Assembly: GCF_003086415.1 (NCBI RefSeq)
Contig: NZ_QEFP02000005.1
Span: forward strand, 1 to 5,763
DNA: 5,763 nucleotides
Direction: 5' to 3'
Source of the DNA: Candidatus Nanobsidianus stetteri
Lineage (GTDB): Archaea; Nanobdellota; Nanobdellia; Nanobdellales; Nanobdellaceae
In this document: one piece after another, positions 1-5,694 of the stretch
Position numbering within the stretch: the first letter of the stretch is position 1
How the letters are laid out: every line of letters starts with the position of its first letter
Position numbers and translations under genes: made by a program
The notes under the pieces: generated by a model
Told to the model about the DNA's origin: nothing
Seen by the model: only the letters and a program-made list of their open reading frames with translations
Databases searched by the model: none

Positions 1-69
1 CCACCTTCATTTAAAATATCATATTCAACACTGTAAATCCCTTCAGAAAGCATACTACCATCTTCGAAA
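1..69. repeat. Left arm of the terminal inverted repeat pair (IR-L)
   Basis: Positions 1-55 are an exact reverse complement of 5709-5763. Identity continues to 69/5695, with mismatches only at 56/5708 and 66/5698 (67/69). Pairing collapses at 70-73. The arm lies inside the minus-strand ORF 293..1. Confidence 0.97.
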
Positions 70-293
70 ACTTTGATTACTTGATTATCGTTTTTAAAAC
101 TTCCTTTGAGCAAAACTATACCTAAAGATCTTAAATATATTTTTAGAACGTTCATAATATCTTTCTCGCTGCATAAGGTTTTCTCATGAGAGATAAGATG
201 CTTTATTTCATCCTCATACACAATTCTGCCATGTATTAAATTACTATTAAACAATATGTCAAGGATTTTTAATGCCTCTTTTTCACAATCCAT
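1..293 (-). CDS. Hypothetical protein, N-terminal 97 codons only; the ORF runs off the left edge of the window
   Basis: ATG at 293-291 on the minus strand, open to position 1 with no stop. It is missing from the ORF track because it is open-ended. An in-frame stop lies upstream at 329-327. Hand translation: MDCEKEALKILDILFNSNLIHGRIVYEDEIKHLISHEKTLCSEKDIMNVLKIYLRSLGIVLLKGSFKNDNQVIKVFEDGSMLSEGIYSVEYDILNEGG. Composition matches the other genes. A TATA-like box lies about 27 bp upstream. Confidence 0.7.
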   Translation of the reverse strand, partial: MDCEKEALKILDILFNSNLIHGRIVYEDEIKHLISHEKTLCSEKDIMNVLKIYLRSLGIVLLKGSFKNDNQVIKVFEDGSMLSEGIYSVEYDILNEG

Positions 294-316
294 ATGCGAT
301 ACTTTAAATTTCGCAC

Positions 317-324
317 AATAAAAT
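317..324 (-). promoter_or_regulatory. TATA-like box (ATTTTATT on minus strand) for the 293..1 ORF
   Basis: The A/T box is centred about 27 bp upstream of ATG 293. The same spacing recurs at the other genes here, consistent with leaderless archaeal transcripts. Confidence 0.4.
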
Positions 325-406
325 TCTTACGTCGGGTTAGCAAAGTTAAAACAATACAAAAATTTTATCATTAAGCGAATCTCTTATAAAATAGTAAATT
401 ACAAAA

Positions 407-450
407 TTATTAAAGTTAATATTCTTTATTATTAAAGTTAATATTCTTTA
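407..450. repeat. Perfect tandem direct repeat, 2 x 22 bp (TTATTAAAGTTAATATTCTTTA)
   Basis: 407-428 is identical to 429-450, and the preceding A (406/428) also matches. Each unit contains the short inverted motif TAAAG-N8-CTTTA. The repeat spans the last 11 codons and the stop of ORF 416..646. Confidence 0.95.
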
Positions 451-646
451 GATCTTCCGATATATTATCTATAGTAAACTTATCTCCTATTATTACCAGC
501 TTCCTAACTTCTTTAGGTATAATTAGTTTCAAAAATCTCACGTAGTCGGTGACAATCCCCTTTTGTATAACACGTATTTTAGATACTCCTAATTCCTTTA
601 CAAATTCTAGTTCGTCAGCAGTAAGATACTCTTCCAATGAAGTCAT
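416..646 (-). CDS. Small hypothetical protein (76 aa) with an HTH-like motif
   Basis: ORF-track ORF with ATG at 646-644. A TATA-like TTTATATT (677-670, minus strand) is centred about 27 bp upstream. The segment LTADELEFVKELGVSKIRVIQKG resembles the helix-turn-helix pattern (LGVS..xV) of small excisionase/MerR-type DNA binders, judged by eye only. The C-terminus is encoded by the 22-bp tandem repeat. Confidence 0.6.
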   Translation of the reverse strand: MTSLEEYLTADELEFVKELGVSKIRVIQKGIVTDYVRFLKLIIPKEVRKLVIIGDKFTIDNISEDLKNINFNNKEY

Positions 647-669
647 CTTACTAACTAATTACATTATAA

Positions 670-738
670 AATATAAACATTAATATTGTAAAACTATGGA
701 ATTAATAGCATAAATCATTACAAGTAAAAAATTAATAA
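670..738. promoter_or_regulatory. Divergent promoter region: TATA-like boxes at 670-677 (minus gene) and 731-738 (plus gene)
   Basis: A 115-bp A/T-rich gap separates divergent starts at 646 (-) and 762 (+). TTTATATT (minus strand) and ATTAATAA (plus strand) are each centred about 27 bp from their ATG. No SD-like motif is present. Confidence 0.4.
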
Positions 739-761
739 TGCAATAATAAATAAACCTAATA

Positions 762-1415
762 ATGCAAGTAAGTAAAGCGTTGATTAAAAAGGATGTAGTA
801 ATTGATGATGTCTTTAAAATATTAAATTTGAAAGATTGTGAAAGAGAATTAAAATTATTAGAACTGAGCAAGAGTATTAAGAGTGGAGACCTAATAAGAA
901 TTTCAGACTATATCAATGTCTCCACAGAAACAATAATCAAAATCATTAAAGATCTTACTATAACTTACGGAGAAATTATGGTACCAGCTTCTATATCTTT
1001 AGCTCTGTTAATATATGGACTTAATTTTAACAAAAGAGAGGAGTATATGAGAACAAATAAAGACTGGGAACTTGTAAAGAAAGGCATAGGTGCTATTTCA
1101 TATGTTAAATACTATGATTACGAAAATAGAACTTATGAAATTAATATCAAGACTTTAAAGAGGATTAATGATGATAATGATTATATGAGACTTTGTAAAA
1201 ATGATTTTATCCACCTACAAATATGGGTATTAGCATACATTATAGGTAATTTAAAGGATAGAAAAATAGAGATAAGAGAGATAAGAGAAGGAAGTAATCT
1301 AGTAGGCATAAGGATTAAGGCAAAGCTTAAGGACGTTGAAGATATACTTATAGAAAGTGAGAAAAAATACAGAAATATAGTGAAACTTCTTGCGGGATGG
1401 TTTATTTACGATTAA
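762..1415 (+). CDS. Hypothetical protein (217 aa), putative winged-HTH (TrmB/MarR-like pattern) N-terminus
   Basis: ORF-track ORF. Residues about 21-65 (LNLKDCERELKLLELSKSIKSGDLIRISDYINVSTETIIKIIKDL) follow the L-x-L-x3-E-x3-L...[DE][LI]...[VI]S..T[IV] pattern of archaeal wHTH regulators. Two hydrophobic stretches (IMVPASISLALLIYGLNF, FIHLQIWVLAYIIGNL) follow. The family call is by eye only. Confidence 0.65.
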   Translation: MQVSKALIKKDVVIDDVFKILNLKDCERELKLLELSKSIKSGDLIRISDYINVSTETIIKIIKDLTITYGEIMVPASISLALLIYGLNFNKREEYMRTNKDWELVKKGIGAISYVKYYDYENRTYEINIKTLKRINDDNDYMRLCKNDFIHLQIWVLAYIIGNLKDRKIEIREIREGSNLVGIRIKAKLKDVEDILIESEKKYRNIVKLLAGWFIYD

Positions 1416-1420
1416 GAAAA

Positions 1421-1474
1421 AATTGAATTAAGCGCTGGGATGCTGATTATTGATGAGGACCACCGGCTCTGATT
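1421..1474 (+). ncRNA. Candidate C/D-box-like sRNA (weak C box), or a regulatory box cluster
   Basis: Layout: CUGA (1443-1446), a 4-nt linker, UGAUGA (1451-1456), a 12-nt spacer GGACCACCGGCT (1457-1468), then CUGA (1469-1472). An upstream 12-nt spacer AGCGCTGGGATG (1431-1442) is preceded only by a degenerate C box, TTGAATTA (1423-1430). The spacers form a GC-rich island in otherwise AT-rich DNA. The reverse strand carries no such boxes. Confidence 0.3.
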
Positions 1475-1484
1475 GATGATGTAC

Positions 1485-1491
1485 TTTAAAA
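1485..1491 (+). promoter_or_regulatory. TATA box (TTTAAAA) for the kinase gene
   Basis: A Sulfolobales-style TTTAAA-type box is centred 28 bp upstream of ATG 1516, with no SD sequence between them. Confidence 0.5.
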
Positions 1492-1515
1492 CCTTAATTT
1501 AGTTAAATATTCTTG

Positions 1516-3414
1516 ATGAGAAAACCACAAAATGATAAATTATTTTCATTATCAATATTTTCTACTATCGTAATTTTAGTAGCATTCTTTGTGACCAGAA
1601 ACTACTTGCTTCTTGCATCCCTTATAGGACCATTATCTTCAATAAAAACATCTTATAATAGGAAATATTCGTTATATTCCATGATTTTAAGTCTATTATC
1701 AGCAGCTGTATCATCTCCTACTTACTCTCTTCCCCTCTCTTTCTTAATTTCAGTTTATCTTTACTTCGATTTTTACATAGGCTTAATATTTTTCCTCTTA
1801 ATCGAAGCAATAATGTTCGTAATAACTTTATTCTACTCTGTAATACCCCCGTACTCCGCACCACCAGTACTCTACGATTTATTAACTGCTACTCCTTTAG
1901 CGTTACTCACTATCGCCAACTACCGAGCTTATAAAGGAAAGGACTATAATGTGGTCACATTTAAAACCGTTGGAATACCTAGAGGAACGCCTTGGTTTAT
2001 TGAACTTGATAACAACGTGATAAATTCCGTGGACGACGAGCTCCGAGTAGTTTCCAAAGGCGGTACATGGATAACTTGTCCAGTAAAAGTTGGAAATGAG
2101 TATTACTTGCCTAAACATAATAAAGGAGTGTGTAGAAGCGGAGATGAAATAACAATATTTTTTGAAAGAGGGGATGAGAAGGATTTAAATAAGTTCGAGG
2201 AATGCCTTGTAACTTTTGTAGCGACTGGATTACCTAAAGGAGTCACGTTCTCAGTAGAAGTTAACGGAAAGAAGTATAATGGAAAAGAAATTATTAAAGT
2301 ACCAGCAATAGATAACTCGTTTATTATTTGGAGGGCTTTTGACGTAAAAGTGAGCGATATAGTATTTCAGCCTAAAGTTAGCATGGGCACCACAATAAGG
2401 GGTAAAGTGGTAGGGATAGAATTTGAACCCAAAATAATAGTCAAACAACTCGACCTCAAAAATTGGGATCCTAAGGTATGGGTTGACAGGGATGTTTATG
2501 GCTATAAAGTTACTGATGTAATAGGAGAAGGAGGATATAGTTATGTTTTAAAAGCTGAGAAGGATGGAAAATATTACGCTATAAAAATACTTAAACCAGC
2601 GAGGTCTTTATCACAAACTGTCGCCATAAGAGAATTCGTGGATATTTTTAAAGAGTCAAATAACCTCATTAAACTAAGCGATAATCCTCACCTAGTAAGA
2701 ATAAACGGAATATTTGCTGATGTAAATCAAATAGGTTCTATATTTAAAGGGGACACTGAAATTTACTTGAAATATCCGCCAGCAATAATAATGGACTTCA
2801 TGCGAGGAGGGACTGCAAAAGAACTGATTCATTTTAGAGAGGAGAAAGAAGAATGGTACGAAATAGTGAAAATTATAATTAAACACGTTGCTTTAGCACT
2901 TAAACATATACACGATAACGGCTACGTACATTTAGACGTAAAACCACAGAACATATTCTTTGAAGAGCCGTTAGGGGACAACTTAACGGATATAAGGAAT
3001 AAATTGATCCAAAACCCTAAAATAATAAAGTTAGGTGATTTGGGTTCAGCATCAAAAATAGGTGAGAAATTTTTCCAAATTTCCCCAGCATATGGAAGCC
3101 CTATGCAATTAGAGCACGCAATTTTAGGCTTAGGAGCTGAACCCTCTTTTGATATATTTTCTTTAGGAATTACCGGATACTATCTGCTCACTGGAAACGC
3201 CAGTCCGGTAGCTGACTATCTAGATAGAGCAATAGATTTTTACAATAATAACGACATAGCTACCGCATTGAAAATAGTTAATGAAGCAAAAACAGTTATT
3301 TCCAATTGGAACCCATCTATTCCACAAAACGTTCCTATGAATTTAAGAAACGTGATAATTAATTGTATTAAAGGTACTATAAAAGACGAAGAAATAACGA
3401 GGCTATTACAGTAA
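1516..3414 (+). CDS. Membrane-anchored Hanks-type (eukaryotic-like) Ser/Thr protein kinase: N-terminal polytopic TM region, two beta-rich repeats, C-terminal kinase domain
   Basis: The ORF track starts it at TTG 1513. I prefer the adjacent ATG 1516. Kinase subdomains are all readable: Gly loop IGEGGYSYV (2521-2547), YAIK Lys (2584-2586), alphaC Glu in REFVDIF, catalytic loop HLDVKPQN (Asp 2935-2937), DLG in place of DFG (3037-3045), and DIFSLG (subdomain IX). About 4-6 hydrophobic helices occupy aa 10-138. An internal repeat VTFxxxG[IL]P[RK]Gxx[WF]x[IV]E[LV][DN] occurs at aa 148-166 and 233-251. Confidence 0.9.
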   Translation: MRKPQNDKLFSLSIFSTIVILVAFFVTRNYLLLASLIGPLSSIKTSYNRKYSLYSMILSLLSAAVSSPTYSLPLSFLISVYLYFDFYIGLIFFLLIEAIMFVITLFYSVIPPYSAPPVLYDLLTATPLALLTIANYRAYKGKDYNVVTFKTVGIPRGTPWFIELDNNVINSVDDELRVVSKGGTWITCPVKVGNEYYLPKHNKGVCRSGDEITIFFERGDEKDLNKFEECLVTFVATGLPKGVTFSVEVNGKKYNGKEIIKVPAIDNSFIIWRAFDVKVSDIVFQPKVSMGTTIRGKVVGIEFEPKIIVKQLDLKNWDPKVWVDRDVYGYKVTDVIGEGGYSYVLKAEKDGKYYAIKILKPARSLSQTVAIREFVDIFKESNNLIKLSDNPHLVRINGIFADVNQIGSIFKGDTEIYLKYPPAIIMDFMRGGTAKELIHFREEKEEWYEIVKIIIKHVALALKHIHDNGYVHLDVKPQNIFFEEPLGDNLTDIRNKLIQNPKIIKLGDLGSASKIGEKFFQISPAYGSPMQLEHAILGLGAEPSFDIFSLGITGYYLLTGNASPVADYLDRAIDFYNNNDIATALKIVNEAKTVISNWNPSIPQNVPMNLRNVIINCIKGTIKDEEITRLLQ

Positions 3415-3557
3415 ATCGACGAAACATAAATATCTATTTTACATTTAATTTATTTATAATTCTTAAAATGATGACGCAAATGAAAGAGAATTAGATAAAA
3501 AGAAATTTATATACTTAAAACCCTAAAAAGTACATGAACCGACAATAGGGCGAGAGT

Positions 3558-4118
3558 ATGCAATTACTTATTATATTATTAATACTTTTCACACTCGCTA
3601 ACAGTACTTTGTTATATGTATATTCGAGAAAATTTCGGAAGTTAGCGGAATATATATTAAATGATGGAAAAAGGAAACTAATACTCGATTTTCTCGAAAA
3701 TGGAATAGCGTTTTTAATGGATAGTACCCTATCGAATTTAGTGGAAGAACTCCTAGTTTTTGGTAACATAAACGGTGGGAAAATAGAGATAAAAGACATT
3801 ACACTAGCAATAAAAGAGAAGGCTGATGTGATAAATAATGAAATAGGAAAATTGTATAAAATTTCAACACTCTTAATGAAGGTAGATAATTTAGGTAAAG
3901 AACTGCTAAATTACTCCAGATATCTTAAAGTAATATCTATAGCATTATTAACTTTAGTAATCTTTTTCCCCTTAATAAACACCTTATTCCAAAGCTTAGA
4001 ATTAGAAATAATAGAATGTGGAACAGGGACAGATTTATTGGCTTTCGGTTACTTGATACTCCTAATTTGGATAGTAAACAGAAGAAGAATTATTAAACAG
4101 TTAAAAGAAGGGTTATAA
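3558..4118 (+). CDS. Hypothetical membrane protein (186 aa)
   Basis: ORF-track ORF. It has an N-terminal hydrophobic anchor (QLLIILLILFTLANSTLLYV), a charged and probably helical middle of about 100 aa, and two C-terminal hydrophobic helices (VISIALLTLVIFFPLINTLF, LLAFGYLILLIWIV followed by RRR). The overlapping antisense ORF 3515..3799 has junk-like S/F/I-rich composition. Confidence 0.65.
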   Translation: MQLLIILLILFTLANSTLLYVYSRKFRKLAEYILNDGKRKLILDFLENGIAFLMDSTLSNLVEELLVFGNINGGKIEIKDITLAIKEKADVINNEIGKLYKISTLLMKVDNLGKELLNYSRYLKVISIALLTLVIFFPLINTLFQSLELEIIECGTGTDLLAFGYLILLIWIVNRRRIIKQLKEGL

Positions 4119-4859
4119 TTATATTATAATACTAGAATTAGAATATTTCTTCTCATATTCCTCTATTTTATTTATGATCTCTTCATCAATTAAGCTGGAC
4201 TTAATTATATAACAGTTTCTTAAATTTTTAGTTAGCATGTATTTAAGCAAATTTAAGGAAGGATTAATAACTTGATGACACAGAAAGGAAGCCTTATCCC
4301 TATAAAATACTCCTCCAGTAGTAATGATGAGATGTAATATTGGTAAATAATACTCACAATCATAAATTTCAACGTCATGTATTATTTCAGAAAAATACAT
4401 TGAAATCAATATTAATTTTTCTTCATTGCAATCTTTCACCTTTACATTATTAAATCTTATCACATTATCCTGTGATGATTCTATAATAAGTTTGTTTGAA
4501 TTAAAATAATTGTCTATTAATTTTATTATTTCTATTCTATCTCCGCTAAATTCTACTTCCTTAGTCTTCAAAACTTTAATGATCTCTACTATCTCATATA
4601 AATTATTAGACAAAAAGTCCTGAGGCTTAAGGATCTTTAATCTCTTACCATTCCATAATACCTCAAAGTAATCTCCCGTGAGTTTTATTTCTACCTTATC
4701 CTCTAATTTGCTTAATTTCTCAAGCAAATCTTTAGAAGGGAGAATTGACGATTTTAAAATAACATTGTTGTTTTTGAAAATAAAGAATCCTTCAAGTGAT
4801 AAATCAAAATTAAATTTCTCAGCTAGTTCAATGCCCTTTCTGATGTTATCATCAACCAC
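4119..4859 (-). CDS. Hypothetical protein (246 aa), GTG start
   Basis: ORF-track ORF. The only plausible start is GTG at 4859-4857, since the first in-frame Met lies about 155 codons in. TTTTTTAA (4889-4882, minus strand) is centred about 27 bp upstream. The ORF is in the same frame as the upstream 253-aa ORF. I recognise no motif. Confidence 0.6.
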   Translation of the reverse strand: MVDDNIRKGIELAEKFNFDLSLEGFFIFKNNNVILKSSILPSKDLLEKLSKLEDKVEIKLTGDYFEVLWNGKRLKILKPQDFLSNNLYEIVEIIKVLKTKEVEFSGDRIEIIKLIDNYFNSNKLIIESSQDNVIRFNNVKVKDCNEEKLILISMYFSEIIHDVEIYDCEYYLPILHLIITTGGVFYRDKASFLCHQVINPSLNLLKYMLTKNLRNCYIIKSSLIDEEIINKIEEYEKKYSNSSIII

Positions 4860-4889
4860 TTGTACGAATTTATAAAAAGGGTTAAAAAA

Positions 4890-5651
4890 TTAAACAACAA
4901 CTTCTTCCTTCTTATCTGGACTTACTGAATTTAATAAACTTCTCAGCCTCTCTTCCAAAAGCATAGAGTCTCCCCTAATGATCCTTACAGCCTCTAGCGT
5001 AGGTAGTTCCATAGTCTCCACGCCATTAATATTAAGCCTAACGTTAGTTACCAGGAACTTTAACGCTACTTTATATTCCTTTTTCTCATGCTCTATCTTA
5101 TCTATATAGCTTAATAATTCTATCTCTTGATCCCTTTCAAATTCTTTACCATTAAACAATTTAACCAAGCCCGCATATGCTAAGCCGTCTTTAATAAAGA
5201 ACAAACCTACAGTTAGTGTCTTACCCTTTACTTCTACCCTCTTACCCCTTGGGTGGACATAAGAAATATTGAACTCTTTAGCTAAGGAAATTAAAGATTC
5301 TCTCATCATTTTCTCTAATGACCTTGAATCTTCTGCGACATCTTTTAAAGTATATGACTCTTTAATTTTCTCCCTAATACAACCTATATTTTCTTTGCAA
5401 AAAGACTCTGCTTTATCTATTTCTGACCTTATGTATTGCAAAATTGAACTCACAGTATTAATTTCTTTGCCGTTCCATAAGGATAGAACTATCGGGTAAA
5501 GTATATCCGATAAGTCCTTGCAATAAGCCTCTACAATTTCCTTAATATCGTCTGAAGTTAACGCGTTGTCTAAGCTAATCCTACTTTCATCTAACCTCCT
5601 CCTTATGGCCAAATCACTAACTTTACTATAGGCATCTGTGGGTATTGCCAT
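4890..5651 (-). CDS. Hypothetical protein (253 aa): helical N-terminal half, beta-rich C-terminal half
   Basis: ORF-track ORF with ATG at 5651-5649. A TATA-like CTAATAAA (5684-5677, minus strand) is centred about 30 bp upstream. Composition is typical of the other genes. I recognise no catalytic or DNA-binding motif. Confidence 0.7.
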   Translation of the reverse strand: MAIPTDAYSKVSDLAIRRRLDESRISLDNALTSDDIKEIVEAYCKDLSDILYPIVLSLWNGKEINTVSSILQYIRSEIDKAESFCKENIGCIREKIKESYTLKDVAEDSRSLEKMMRESLISLAKEFNISYVHPRGKRVEVKGKTLTVGLFFIKDGLAYAGLVKLFNGKEFERDQEIELLSYIDKIEHEKKEYKVALKFLVTNVRLNINGVETMELPTLEAVRIIRGDSMLLEERLRSLLNSVSPDKKEEVVV

Positions 5652-5676
5652 TAATACTGGGATATTAAGACCGGAG

Positions 5677-5684
5677 TTTATTAG
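5677..5684. promoter_or_regulatory. Candidate bidirectional TATA element (TTTATTAG / CTAATAAA)
   Basis: A single A/T box is centred at about 5680.5. It is 29.5 bp from ATG 5651 (minus strand) and 30.5 bp from ATG 5711 (plus strand, inside IR-R). It lies just inside the inner boundary of IR-R. Confidence 0.35.
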
Positions 5685-5694
5685 CCTATGTATC

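Noticed and set aside
680-871. Minus-strand ORF 680..871 (63 aa)
   Set aside because: It overlaps the divergent promoter and the 5' end of the 217-aa gene in antisense. Its composition is low-complexity and hydrophobic (I/N/S/F), typical of shadow ORFs in AT-rich DNA.
1431-1472. The GC-rich island as a tRNA fragment or integrase attachment site
   Set aside because: I could find no match to conserved tRNA T-arm or acceptor features and no cloverleaf-compatible pairing. No integrase gene is present in the window.
1903-2886. Minus-strand ORFs 1903..2118, 2251..2448 and 2692..2886 from the ORF track
   Set aside because: All are antisense to the well-supported kinase gene. They are short, have F/Y/S/C-rich junk-like composition, and lack promoter context.
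3468-3490. A perfect C-box sequence AUGAUGA at 3468-3474 in the kinase-downstream intergenic region, as a second C/D-box sRNA
   Set aside because: No CUGA lies 12 nt downstream (3487-3490 is AGAA). No CUGA D box occurs anywhere in the next 90 nt, and the region is not GC-enriched. It is probably chance; it also reads as an 8-codon mini-ORF.
3515-3799. Minus-strand ORF 3515..3799 (94 aa)
   Set aside because: It is antisense to the 186-aa membrane-protein ORF, which has coherent TM and charged-domain organisation. The antisense translation is S/F/I-rich with no structure-like pattern.
4678-5499. Plus-strand ORFs 4678..4875 and 5269..5499
   Set aside because: They are shadow ORFs antisense to the longer 246-aa and 253-aa genes. 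Both are S/L/F-rich and have no upstream TATA-like box at the characteristic spacing.
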